Shown here: piece by piece, positions 10,911 through 21,959 of the stretch | Layout: each line of letters opens with the position of its first letter | Numbering within the stretch: position 1 is the stretch's first letter | Source: Chlorokybus atmophyticus | Lineage: Eukaryota; Plantae; Mesostigma and Chlorokybus algae | NCBI GenBank assembly: GCA_009103225.1 | Contig: RHPI01000890.1 | Coordinates: forward strand, 1-29,149 | Reading direction: 5' to 3' | Length of the DNA stretch: 29,149 nt | Notes under the pieces: model-generated | Told to the model about the DNA's origin: nothing | The model's input: the letters and a program-made list of their open reading frames with translations, nothing else | The model's database searches: none | Position numbers and translations under genes: made by a program

Positions 10911-13900
10911 CTAAGCACATATGCCGAGTCCCTTGCAACATGCCTTGAACTTCAGCGGTGACAGTGGCTTCGTCATGAAGTCCGCGAGCATGTCTTCCGT
11001 ATTGCAATATTGGAACTCAACCTCCTTGCGTGTGACTCTGTCTCGCACAAAGTGATGCATGACATCAATGTGCTTTGTCCTTGTCGAGGCAATGGGGTGC
11101 TTCAGCAACTTGATGGCGCCTTGGTTGTCGCAGTTGATCGTGATACACGCCATCGGGTGCTCCAGATCTGCCATCAGCTTGCGAAGCCATAACGCCTCCT
11201 TCACTGCAGCCGATGCTGCCATGTACTCCGCTTCCGAAGTAGATGCTGCTGTTGTAGGTTGCAGCCTACTGTTCCAGCTCACCACGCCTCCATTCAACTT
11301 GAAGACGTACGCCGTGGTGGACCTCCTGCTATCGAGGTCACCTGCAAAGTCTGCGTCGCAATAGCCCTCCATCTCTGTGCTTCCGCAACCAAACTTGATG
11401 CCAACACTTGCGCTTCCAGCCACGTAGCGCAATACTCCCTTCGCTGCACGCCAGTGCTCCATGCTTGGTGCAGACATGTAGCGCGCAAGCACTCCAACTG
11501 CATGTGCGATGTCGGGTCTTGTGCACACTGCTAGGTAGAGCATACTCCCAACAAGCTCACCATAGGGATACTGAGCCTTGTCGAGTACTTCCTCATCTTT
11601 CGCTTTGACGAGGTTGGTGCCGAGTGCCAATGGAGTAGACTTGGTCTTTGCTTCGTTGAGTCCGAACTTGGTGACAAGTTGCTTCACCATCTGCTCTTGG
11701 CTGATCTTGATTGTGCGTGCTGCTCTGTCACGCTCTATCACCATGCCAAGAAATAACTTGACCTCTCCAAGGTCGCGTACTGCGAATGCTTGCTGCAATC
11801 CGTGCTTCGTTTGCTTCAGGTCTTCAACTTGCTTGGCCGTGACGATGATGTCGTCCACATACACGAGCAAGTAAACCTTCTTCTCTTCATGGATGAAGAG
11901 CCCCGGATCCGCTGAGGATGCTTTGTAGCCGAGTTTCTCCAACTCTTTCGTGAGGCGAATGTGCCACACACGTGGTGCTTGTCGCAGCCCATACAAAGCC
12001 TTGATCAACTTGCAAGCCATGCCTGGCTCCCCTTCTGCGTAGCCTGGTGGTTGCTTGGTGTAGATCTCTTCCTCCAGCTCTCCGTAAAGGAAAGCAGTCT
12101 TCACATCAAGGTGGTGACACTCGAGGTCTTCAGCAGCAACCATGGCGATCAATGTGCGGAAGGTTGCATGCTTACTTGCAGGTGCAAACACTTCATTGAA
12201 ATCCACACCTTCTTGTTGCAAAAATCCCTTTGCCACCAACCTTGCCTTGTAGCGCTCGATGTTGCCTTGACCATCACGCTTCACCTTGAACACCCACTTG
12301 ACCGGAATGGGCTTCACACCTTGCGGGGGCTTCTCCAACACCCATGTGTTGTTGGCATGGAGTGATGCAATCTCATCATCCATAGCTCGCTGCCATTGTT
12401 CTGCATCTGGTGCTCGCAATGCCTCCTCGTAGGTGCTTGGTTCTTCACTCTCGTCATTGTGCACACTAGCGATGTGTGCCTTGTAGAAGTCAGGTGCTTG
12501 TCTTTCCCTCACTGGGTAGCGTCGAGCTTGCTCCTGCTGCTTCTGCTTCTCGCCTGCTACAGATGAGCCCTGCTCTTTATTGATGATTGATGCCTCGCCT
12601 TCAACCTCTTCTCTGCTTGAAAGCTCTTCAGGTTGTGCTTTGTCATCTTCATCTTGAGGGTAGAAACCTTTTTCAGCTTCAACTTGTAATGAGCCTTCGT
12701 GGAACACGACTTCTCTGCTCACCACAATCTTGCGCGTGTCCTCCAGTAGGACCTTGTACGCCTTCGAGCCTGGTTCGTAGCCAACGAAGATGCCCTTCTT
12801 GCTGACCGGCTCCAACTTGTGTCGCAATTGACTTGGCACAAGTGCATATGCCACACATCCGAACACACGCATGCCACTCACATCTGGCGCTTCACCGTAA
12901 AAGAGCTCCCACGGAGTCTTTTGCTCAGAGCTTATCGGTGAACGGTTGCGGATGTAGTTGGCAGTGAGAACGGCCTCTTTCCACAGACTGTCCTCCAACT
13001 TGGTGTCATTGAGCATGGCTCGAACACGCTCCAACAACGTTCGGTTGAGACGTTCAGCTGCTCCATTCTGCTGCGGAGTGTATGGTGCTGTTGTCTCATG
13101 CCGTATGCCTTTGCTGGCGAAGAACTCTTTGAGCTGGGCGTTGATGTACTCCCCTCCTCGATCACTTCTCATTGCTTCCATCTTCTTGCCCGATTGAATC
13201 TCAAGCAATGCAGTGATTGTACGCACAGCTCCAGCGACTTCTGACTTTTGAATCAAAGAGAAGACGATGGAAAGCTTGCTGTAGTCGTCGAGGAATGTTG
13301 CAAAGTACTTTACCCCTCCTTTCGCCACAATGCGCATAGGCCCGCAAACGTCCATATGCACAAGCTCGCAGGGATGTTTGCTACTTGAAGAAGATGATGA
13401 GAACGGCATGTGATGCTGCTTGGCCAACACACAGGGTTCACAGAGCGTAGTTGAAGACGCTTGAAAATCTTCCTTGCTCTCAGTAATGCCCTTTACCATG
13501 TCTTCAGCGACCAGGCGTGTGAGGTTGCTATAGCCCAAATGCCCGAACCTTCGATGCCAAAGCTCAGCCGTTCCTTTCTTCTTCACAATCATGGCCTTGC
13601 TGCCATGAGTTTGCTCCACAATGTAGAGCCCTCCTCGTTGGGTGCCGACCATGTACTCGACCCCATCCATGCGTACGGAGCAGCATCCCTCCCGGATCAC
13701 TATCTCAGCTCCCACGCGCTCAGCAACTCTCACAGAAAACAAGCTTGCAGCAGCTCCAGGTACGTGCAATACTTCACGCAGTACCACCTCTCTCTCACCA
13801 TCACCAATCTTGCATTGAAGCCTCACTTCACCAACTCCTATTGCTTCCAACTCGTGACCACTAAAGCCTTCCACCTTCCTTGTGGTTGACATCTTCCTGT

Positions 13901-14792
13901 AGTTCTCAATCACCTCCTTGTGCGGTGTGAGATGCTGGTCACAGCCTGAGGCAATTGCCCATGAAGTTGTATCAAACTTCCTTGAGGCAGTAAATGCAAC
14001 ACCCTTTGCTTTGCGTTTAGCGTTGCTACTGGTGCCTGCTTCAGATTGCTCTCGTTGGCGCTTACGACAATCCTTTGAGATATGTCCTCTAATACCACAA
14101 TAGTGGCATGTGAGATTCTTGAACTTTGAGTTGCTGCCTTTTGTCTTGTTCTTGTTTTCATAGTTGCTTAATTTCTTGTATTTGTCTCGTGTGTAGAAGG
14201 CCACAGAGTCCGCTTGCTCTTCCTTCTTTAAGACGCGTTGCTCCACAGTGAGCAACTTGGGTAGCACATCGTCTAGGGTTAGCTCCGATGACGATGTCTC
14301 GAGCAGAGTAGCGACAACTTCGTACTCTAATGGCAGTCCTGCAACAATCGCCAATACGACCTCCGTCTCTTCCATCTTGTGGCCGACGTTGATGAGGTCC
14401 GCCCACAGCTCTCTCGCACGTGCAACATACTTTGTGACCGGCTCGGCCGTCTCTTTATGAAGCGCGCTTAGCTGCTTGCGTAATTGTATCTTTCTGGCGT
14501 TGTTCTTGGCTTGAAATACGGCTGCAAGCTTCTCCCAAGCTTGTCTGCCATCTTCACATGCTGTGAGCATGGGAAAGTGATGTGGCTTGCAGTTAAGCAC
14601 CATCAAGGAATGTGCTTCAACTGAGTGTTCAAGCCAGATGCTTTCTTCTCCTGCTCTTGGTGCAGATGCCTTCGGGTCAACATACTTCCACATCTTCTTG
14701 TGGATAAGTAGTGCCTTCATCTCTACGCACCAAGTGCTGTAGTTGTTTGTGTCCAGCTTTGTGATCAGCCCTTTATCGTAGCTTGCCTCCAT
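10911..14792 (-). CDS. Ty1/copia gag-pol polyprotein (1293 aa)
   Basis: Uninterrupted ORF. Gag zinc knuckle CHYCGIRGHISKDC; protease site WAIASGC (Asp absent); integrase HRRFGH/CEPC, HMDVCG, SDRGGEY, NGAAERLNR; RT DVKTAFL, YVDD; RNase H CDADFAGD, EAEYMA, DNQGA. Copia order PR-IN-RT-RH. Confidence 0.98.
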   Translation of the reverse strand: MEASYDKGLITKLDTNNYSTWCVEMKALLIHKKMWKYVDPKASAPRAGEESIWLEHSVEAHSLMVLNCKPHHFPMLTACEDGRQAWEKLAAVFQAKNNARKIQLRKQLSALHKETAEPVTKYVARARELWADLINVGHKMEETEVVLAIVAGLPLEYEVVATLLETSSSELTLDDVLPKLLTVEQRVLKKEEQADSVAFYTRDKYKKLSNYENKNKTKGSNSKFKNLTCHYCGIRGHISKDCRKRQREQSEAGTSSNAKRKAKGVAFTASRKFDTTSWAIASGCDQHLTPHKEVIENYRKMSTTRKVEGFSGHELEAIGVGEVRLQCKIGDGEREVVLREVLHVPGAAASLFSVRVAERVGAEIVIREGCCSVRMDGVEYMVGTQRGGLYIVEQTHGSKAMIVKKKGTAELWHRRFGHLGYSNLTRLVAEDMVKGITESKEDFQASSTTLCEPCVLAKQHHMPFSSSSSSSKHPCELVHMDVCGPMRIVAKGGVKYFATFLDDYSKLSIVFSLIQKSEVAGAVRTITALLEIQSGKKMEAMRSDRGGEYINAQLKEFFASKGIRHETTAPYTPQQNGAAERLNRTLLERVRAMLNDTKLEDSLWKEAVLTANYIRNRSPISSEQKTPWELFYGEAPDVSGMRVFGCVAYALVPSQLRHKLEPVSKKGIFVGYEPGSKAYKVLLEDTRKIVVSREVVFHEGSLQVEAEKGFYPQDEDDKAQPEELSSREEVEGEASIINKEQGSSVAGEKQKQQEQARRYPVRERQAPDFYKAHIASVHNDESEEPSTYEEALRAPDAEQWQRAMDDEIASLHANNTWVLEKPPQGVKPIPVKWVFKVKRDGQGNIERYKARLVAKGFLQQEGVDFNEVFAPASKHATFRTLIAMVAAEDLECHHLDVKTAFLYGELEEEIYTKQPPGYAEGEPGMACKLIKALYGLRQAPRVWHIRLTKELEKLGYKASSADPGLFIHEEKKVYLLVYVDDIIVTAKQVEDLKQTKHGLQQAFAVRDLGEVKLFLGMVIERDRAARTIKISQEQMVKQLVTKFGLNEAKTKSTPLALGTNLVKAKDEEVLDKAQYPYGELVGSMLYLAVCTRPDIAHAVGVLARYMSAPSMEHWRAAKGVLRYVAGSASVGIKFGCGSTEMEGYCDADFAGDLDSRRSTTAYVFKLNGGVVSWNSRLQPTTAASTSEAEYMAASAAVKEALWLRKLMADLEHPMACITINCDNQGAIKLLKHPIASTRTKHIDVMHHFVRDRVTRKEVEFQYCNTEDMLADFMTKPLSPLKFKACCKGLGICA

Positions 14793-15106
14793 CTTTGCCG
14801 CGCCTGCTTTCTTCTTGCAGTTAGCACTTGAGACTTGCTTTGATAATCTTCACGTGTTGTGACTTGAGTGACTTTGTTGACTTCGGTCCCTTTTTTTTTT
14901 TAACACTTCACTCTTGAGTGACTTCAATGACTTCGGTCTTGAATGATTTCGGTGTTTACTTCACTCTTCAGCGCCTTCAGTCTTGAGTAACTTCGGTCTT
15001 CTCTTCACTCTTCAGTCTTGAGTGATTTCGAGCTTCACTTCAATGCACTTTGTCACTTTTCTTCACTTCGCTTTCTTTCTCTTTCTCACACTCTTCACGC
15101 GTAGTG

Positions 15107-15119
15107 TGGGCCCATAACC
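15107..15119 (-). promoter_or_regulatory. copia-1 primer-binding site (internal tRNA-iMet fragment type)
   Basis: GGTTATGGGCCCA directly after the LTR CA, complementary to the tRNA-iMet anticodon arm as in Drosophila copia and Volvox Osser. Confidence 0.9.
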
Positions 15120-15520
15120 TGTTGAGAAGCAAGCATGCAAGTGAAGAGGGCAAGCAATGACACACAGGAGAAGGCAACACACTTCCCGATTTATTATTAC
15201 AAACCGCGGGGTTATATACCCGCCAGTCAGTACACAGTTTGTACACACTGCTGGTCTACACGCAACAGCGTCCGATCTACTGAACCGAATCCTACGCTGT
15301 AAGATGTGCCATGTAGCTAACTTGATAAGCTTTCCAACAAGTTATGCCACGTCCCAAATGACTGAGTATTCTAGGAGATATGACGATTCTCCTAGGACCC
15401 TTCTCTGCAGTCCGCGCCAGGACCTTTATGTCCGGAGTCTTCGAGGTCCTCCCATCGAGGTCCCTTCTCTTCTCTCTTGTATGCAAGGCAGGCTGACCGG
15501 ATGTAGGAATATCCTCAACA
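15120..15520 (-). repeat. copia-1 5' LTR (401 bp)
   Basis: Direct repeat of 10464-10865, followed by the PBS on the - strand. Confidence 0.97.
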
Positions 15521-18459
15521 TGTGATTGGTTGATAGCACCACAGTGCACTAGACCCTGTTGGAGTTCCTATGTAAGCCTGGATTCAATCCCGTCAATTGG
15601 TCCTTCAATCCCACATGCTGATGGGCGCGGCGGCAATGCGGCATCAGTTTCACATTCATGTTGGCCTGTTGAATCCCGACATGTCCATTGGGTTTGTGGC
15701 GCATCCTGTGCCCATGGCTCACGAGCTCCGTGACGAGTCTGCGATTGAGGGTGGCGTGGAAAGTGCACCCAATACCACCTTGTTATCCCCCATGGCTTCC
15801 CCTGCTCCATGCAGCCCATGGGCCATGGCGATAAGTCGCTGTCTTTTATTATTGTGCCTTGGTAACAATGCGTCTGGCACATGCATAAGCTTATATTCGT
15901 CCTTTGCAACATTGTGAGCCATCTTATCCTGGATCATATATACAGCCCCCCTTACTGCATGCACAAGTGGTCTCACCTACCGCACCCGCTCCCCTCGCAG
16001 TCAGAGCGCATCCACCTTCCGCGGCACCAGTCCTTCATGCACTGCTGTCTCCTCCACGAGCAGCACCGGTGACTGCGTGGCAACAATACTTGTTGCCGCA
16101 ACCGGCGAGACCACAGCATGATGCAACAACCGATGTAGCTTTTGCACCTACCTTACCCCACCCGCTGCAAGTTGAAGCCGGCACTCTGCCCCAAGCTCAA
16201 GTACTTTATTAGTCACTGTGACTCTTGCCGTCGACTGTTGGACACACCATTTGAGTGCTGTATGCGCATGCAGCAGGGGTCACCACCCGTTAGCAAATCA
16301 TCAGAAGAGCTGGCCGCAACTTGCGTACAGCCATCAGTCACGCTAAGTGGCCACCTCGCCTCATGGGATCACTTCAATGTGCCAACGGATGGTAATCGCT
16401 TCTACCATTGTGTGTTTCGCGCCAGGCCATCCATAGCGCAAAGTGTCCTGGATGATCAGAAGTGCCCCAGCTCGAGCAGATTGTGGGCCATGCTGGACAC
16501 ACCATGGACGACGGCAAGAAGGGGGACACTCTCCGCAAAATCACCGCCAAGGCTGTCGATGCAAGCGTGGCGAGCAAAATCCTAGAGTTCTGTAGAGCTA
16601 TTAATGCCGTGGGAGAGATGGCGCAGTATTACGACAAACTGCCTGTGACCATGTTGGCTGATGTTAATTGCAACATTGACATAGCCATGGCCAAGGTGCG
16701 GAGAAAGATTCGTACGTAAAGCACCTGCAGATGACTATGTATGCTAACAAGCTAGGCTTGTTGATTGGCTGCGTGACCGTTCAGCGCGAGCATGGGGAGT
16801 GGGTGCCACGGCCCGGCAGCGCAGTTTGGGTTGGAAATGAAGAAGCCCCCAACTCAGTCCTGGTGGTGGGCAACACTGCTTCCAATGAGCCAGAAGCACA
16901 CTTTTGGCTCCTAAAGCCTGCAAGCACCGAACAATGGTCGTGGCCTATGCATGCAGTGCGACCGGAGGTTACAGACCTGATCGGAGAGTGGCGGAATGGC
17001 GTTGCCAATCCCCAGCTACCACCGGCTGCTCCCCAGGGTGCTGCGCCAACGCCTCAGGCCCTTGCTTCGTGTGCTAGGCAAGAAATAGCCAACTGTTCTG
17101 CACATCCTGCCTCCCTTCAACTACACCCCACATGCTCGCAATAACACTTCAACACCCTCCCTTTCTGCTGCGGAAATTCACTTGCCACCGCACTGTGACC
17201 ATCCGGAGGCATCTCCATCAAGTATCAGCAGTAGCTCGCCCTCTCCTCTAGGATTGCCACATTGATCCCAGCCTGTCTTGGTTGGCTTGGTAAAGAGATT
17301 GATCGTGGTGTCTTAAAGTTTACGCTGAAAGATAAAAGCTGCATGCTTGACCTCATGGGGCAACATGAGGTCGTGGAGGAATGGGAGGCAACCAACAAGC
17401 GCAAGGCTGTGGAGCAAGAAAATAACGCCTTACCTCCTCTGAGTGACAGTGCCACGGAGAGCGCCTGCCAGGATGTGCAGGCCGACCACAAAAGAAAGAT
17501 GAAGATTGTTGGAACAAGGGACGCTGATATGACCAAAAAAGCAAAAGTGAGGCATCATTACAATGTAGTTAGAAGAAAAACAGCGCCTTGAAGCCTTACT
17601 GGGCTGACTGTATATCCTGAGTAGGCACATGCGGGTTTACAGTGCCATGTGGCTGCTCAACATTGTCCAGAGAGACAGCCGGTGCGGCATGAGCTGCATA
17701 AGCTTAAACCACCAACGCGCAGACGCTTTGAGGGGCTGACTCGCAGTGCAAAGGAGTTAATCGCCCTCCAATACGCTCAAGACGCGCTGCATTACCGCAT
17801 GCGGCATGCCTCAAAGTGGGTGACGAAAGTATGCAATGAGTGGGAGCAAATGCGGTGAGTGCGGTCTAAATGGTCCTTTAGGGATTGGCCATGGTTGGAA
17901 CCCAAACACGACATGGCCAACTGTATGTTGTTGCCCCTCGCCGTCCTCGATATGATGGTGTTGTTGCTGCCGCAGCAACCCGGCAATGTGCAAGAGCTAT
18001 CCGCGGAGCACAACTTTGATCTGCTGCAACAGATGTACCTATTGATGTTGACTGATGCGGGTCGAGATGTGTGCCACTACCAGAGCAATATATTGGGTGG
18101 CAAGTAAAACCATTCGAGCTGTACTTGGCATGCTTTGGGTGGCAGCGGCTGTATGTCATACGGCACGTCGAACTGATTCTTTGAAAGCTTGGCGAAGATG
18201 ATAATGCGGGCGAGTACACGAGTGACGACAGCCAAGTCGAGGGCCTGAATGAACGCATGCACGAGACCCCGCCAAGACTAGCAGGTGGTGTATGGCGGCA
18301 GATGAGCGTCAGGTAATTGAGCAGGCAGTGGAGCGTTATGCTGCGCCATTCATATGAGAATCGCTGCGCCTGCAACGCAATAACAGAGTTTGGTGGCAGA
18401 GGCAGCTTGCACACCCGCGTGCACCATGCGTGCTGAATTGTCGCATCGAAAAGCCCCCC

Positions 18460-18742
18460 CCCGCTTCATTGACATGATCATGGTGTCGATTTCTCTGAGG
18501 TACTCTTCATGCGTGTCGATGCTGGCAACTAGGAGAGGGTCTCCATCTTTGCCCTTTAAGATGCACTCCACCTGCGTAGTTTACAGGCATATCTTAGTGG
18601 CATTGGAAGCCATTATTCACTACAACGTGTCTGCAAGCCTGTAGTTTGGGGCTACAGCATTCCTTAATTGCTAGTGATTCATTTTAAAGTGCTCAGCGTA
18701 AGCAACAAGTATGCGAGGTGGTTCACTGTCAACTGCCGAAAA
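18460..18742 (+). repeat. 283-bp exact duplicate of 7719-8001, abutting an N
   Basis: No mismatch found by eye against 7719-8001. Ends at the single N at 18743. Confidence 0.9.
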
Positions 18743-19331
18743 NAATAAATTAAAGAAGCTACAAGCTTGTCCCTGCTGCAAGCAACCTCACCCGTGTTGG
18801 TCGCCACGCCTGCTGCAAGACGCCAATGTGTCGGCGGTGATTTGGCCTCCGCCTTCATGACAATTGTGCATGTAGTATAGTTTTGTGTTGGACACCTGTG
18901 AACCATGTAGGTACATGTATAGTTGTAGCATGGTGCATAGTGCACCCGGGATCTGCTGTTATCAGAAGCATTGGCTGTGCATGTGTATGATAACAGCCCG
19001 GCGCATGAGTCAGTGCTGCATGGCTTGCATACTATCACAATCGTAAAGTATTACTGTGCTGTTATTCCATGGCACCCAGAGCGCGGTTCGAGTTTGTTGC
19101 TGTCAACCACGCTCTGAACCAGTAAGGTATGCGAGTATCCTTGTACTGTAGTACCATTAATGGATGGAGTATCATTCATGTTTATGTAGTAGCATGCATG
19201 GTAATGTAATACCATCCATGGTACAATTGTGCTTCACTTGAAGTGTGACTCATTTAAGGTTCGTAAGCTGGCGAACCTAAAGTGAAGCTCATACCATAAA
19301 GTCTCGCTCAGTTTGTGAGCAGCCGTGCCAG

Positions 19332-20238
19332 TTGATAGTATGCATGATGTTGGCGGCAGCAGTTGAATCCCCCTCTACTAAGAGACCATGTTTGGTGTGC
19401 CCACAATGCAATGCGTATGTATGTGCCAATGGCCGTAGGCAGCAAATGCGAGCACACTTTACGGAATGCCAGCGAGTGCAGACAGTGTGCCACGGTTTTA
19501 GTGCTGCTTGCTGGCGTCACACGACACACAACGTCGACATGTTTTGCTGCCGCCTCGGCAAAGTGCTGTGCAAGGAACCCGGTTTTTCCATTGCGTGCAG
19601 TGCGTGTGCGAATCGTGCTCGAGCTCATGCTTCGAGTGGCGAGGGGAACCCATGCGCTTCTTCACATGGACAACCCCGGGACATGTGGTTAATGGACAGG
19701 TGGTGGATGCTGTGGAGGTAATTCGGCAAAGTGGACAGCGATGCATTACTGCATGTTACGTTGGGCGTATGCTTATTTTATGCATGTTCAAGCTGTTGAC
19801 GCCTATAGAGCAGTCTTTCATGGTGTGGGCGTGGGCAGTTCCACCCCCTGGCCGCTGTAGAGGAGGCAGACCATCAACCGTTAAACAGCGCACTGCATCG
19901 GACGCGGAACGCACTGGCAGTCAAGTTGGGATGCGAGCAGCTCATTGGTGTGAGTGTCATGGTGCATTGGCCGCTGCATGGTGACTGGTATGCGGGCGTT
20001 GTGGAATCATTGAAGCAAGCTTCAGGACAGCATCGCTTCTTGACGAGCAAGATTGGGGACGCATCATATATGCATGGTGCAATGCAACATGGCTGTGCAG
20101 GGCAGCACCATATAATATTTGATGATGGTAATCGACCACAAATTATCAACTTCAAAGGCCACAACATATTCGCGTACACATCAGTTGACGGGGCACGCCA
20201 TATTCTGCGCGCCGGAGGGGAGAATGTCAGCGCAAAGT
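19332..20238 (+). pseudogene. Spliced gene fragment with a Cys-rich zinc-binding region and a Tudor-like domain
   Basis: 19375-19600 reads CLVCPQCNAYVC..H..EC..VC..AACWRH..FCCRLGKVLC..CSAC. 19941-20129 reads LIGVSVMVHWPLHGDWYAGVVESL..[intron-like]..GQHHIIFDDG, matching the plant Tudor pattern 'vG.rv.v.Wp.d..wY.g.v......H.i.yDDG'. Donor GTAAGA near 20237. Confidence 0.6.
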
Positions 20239-20643
20239 AAGATCGGATGGCATCATTGTTAGTTCTTGGCCAGCACCACGGCCAGCCTTGACCACATACA
20301 CGCCATTTGACAACAAGCTTAAACGCATTGTCGGCGAATGGAGTCTTCAGGACGACTTGGCGGCTACGTGCAAAACCGCTCCAATACGGGCTGGACTCCC
20401 TCATTGTCAGCACATCCATCCGTAGCAAACTGTCCATCCTTTCCATTACATTATAGCACTGCTGCCGCGCCTGCGCAATGATCGAGCGCATCTTGGGATC
20501 CACGACCATGCCATCCTCTCTCACATATTTCGCACAGCTCCATGCCTTCAGGATGCGCGCATGGTAGTCCCGGTTGCCACCACACGCCCACTGTTTGATA
20601 TTTTTGGCGTACGTTTGCTCAATGCGATATGATGCGATATGAT

Positions 20644-21959
20644 GCTGGCACAACCGTTTGAGGAGGAAGAGCAAGCTCCGGCGTCTCCTCCACAGGCCCC
20701 AGCGCGTGGTGCTTTGTTCCGTAATGACGAGCAAAGCGATGATGGAGAGGAGCTGTAGCGCAGTTGGCAGTCCGTTTAGCTGGTAGTGTACATAGCTACA
20801 AGGCTCTTGTGACTGAGTGTTGTGCATCTTAAACCAGCTCAGTCAATCGTCATTATGCTCATGCACATCAATACTTGCATCCCTATGATATACAACAGAA
20901 CTGCATTTGAGTCACATAATTGAACTACAAGCCTTGGCAAGTGACTGAGAGACACTGTACACATTTCAGGTACATGTACATAGCACATAACAATGCTGGA
21001 AGTCAGTGTCAGTCGCGTGTAGTCAAGCTATGCAAGTACATATGACGACAGTTAGGCATTAGTCACCTTCAGTTGTTAAAGAATGCCTTATTTTATCGAT
21101 AATTACCTAGTTGGTGCTTGTGAATTAGGCTTAGTCGCCTGCGCTGGTCTGGTGTGTAACCTGCAGGTGCCTGTCACATAGGCTGAGTCACCTAAGTTAG
21201 ACTAATGTGTAACTTACAGGTGCCCGTTGATTAGTTGTAGTCACCTAATAAGGCCTGATGTGTAACTAACAGTTGCCTGTAATTTACACAAAGTCATTTG
21301 TTAAAGCCTGGTAGGTAACTAACAGGCGCCTGTTAGTTAGGCATAGTCAACTGTTAAAGACTAGATTGTAACAAACCGGGCCTCATAGTAACGAAAGTCA
21401 CTAATAGGTCCCTGTATCAACATAACAGGTGGCCTGAGCCACGACAGTCTAAATTAGTGTCCTCAGGTGCACGGCCGTTGCCAATAATTAGTCGGCCGGC
21501 AGGGAAAACATATTGCGACGTTAATGCTCTTTTCCGGAGCAAGTACGGCTTGCGCGGTTGTATGGCAAAGAACATGCCGCTAGTGGCTTCAATCTCCAGT
21601 ACAATGGTGATGAGCACAGCTTTGGCCATCCTTCCATGGGCAATTACTGGAAGGATGTTGTAGTGGATTAAAGGAGAGAGGTGGGGGAAGCGTCCTACTT
21701 GGCGCTTGCCATTCCGTACAGTGACAAGACCACGCTAGACAGCGCGGGCAAGCGCTCTGGCTACCGTCTGATGGCGTCGCTTGCTTAACTATAGTTGGCA
21801 CATACATGCTAACAACATGGGGGTCGTTATGATAGCGCTTCTGCCGGTGGTTCACGCAGTGGCGAGGCATCCCACCTGATCGCAGGGCAAGGAATCGTTT
21901 CTAATTCGAAAACGTGCGATTTTTCATGACGCTTTCATGTAGTGTTAGGGGATGTAAAG
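20644..21959 (-). repeat. Inverted duplicate (copy C) of 23199-24521
   Basis: The reverse complement matches 23199-24521 with few differences. It includes the ORF-L 3' end, the minisatellite (21142-21357) and the 5' transposase fragment (YSDKT 21717-21731). Spacer 21960-23198. Confidence 0.95.

Larger units (their letters stand above)
10464..15520 (-). mobile_element. Full-length Ty1/copia LTR retrotransposon (copia-1)
   Basis: LTRs 10464-10865 and 15120-15520 (TG...CA, about 3 differences). TSD TGTGA at 10459-10463 and 15521-15525. The paralogous empty site has a single TGTGA (26896-26900). PBS, PPT and a single gag-pol ORF are present. Confidence 0.98.
9700..18350 (+). pseudogene. ORF-R copy A: long spliced gene with an OTU-like cysteine protease domain, interrupted by copia
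   Basis: Series of AG/GT-bounded coding segments, the first ones shared with copy B. OTU motifs: VPTDGN(R)FYHCV at 16379-16414, decayed W-G-T..MYANKLGLLIG at 16717-16765, AHFWLLKP at 16896-16919. Contains stops and frameshifts. Confidence 0.6.
6623..18459. mobile_element. Large multi-gene repeat, copy A (probable giant DNA transposon derivative; termini unresolved)
   Basis: Once the copia at 10464-15520 is removed, 6623-15961 is colinear with 23636-27336. Homology to copy B starts at ACGTCGC (about 6623). The right side is cut by a duplicated segment and an N join. Confidence 0.8.

Noticed and set aside
11010-14460. Many short ORFs overlapping copia-1
   Set aside because: Antisense or alternative-frame shadows of the gag-pol ORF.
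19480-19575. Helitron Rep N-terminal zinc finger (CC..GKV)
   Set aside because: No HUH or helicase motifs and no TC...CTRR termini in the window. The pattern is equally B-box-like, so it is left as an unclassified Cys-rich region.
19874-20827. 317-aa ORF in the track as a real gene
   Set aside because: Chimeric: alternative frame of the inverted duplicate, plus transposase C-terminus, plus the antisense strand of the Tudor gene.
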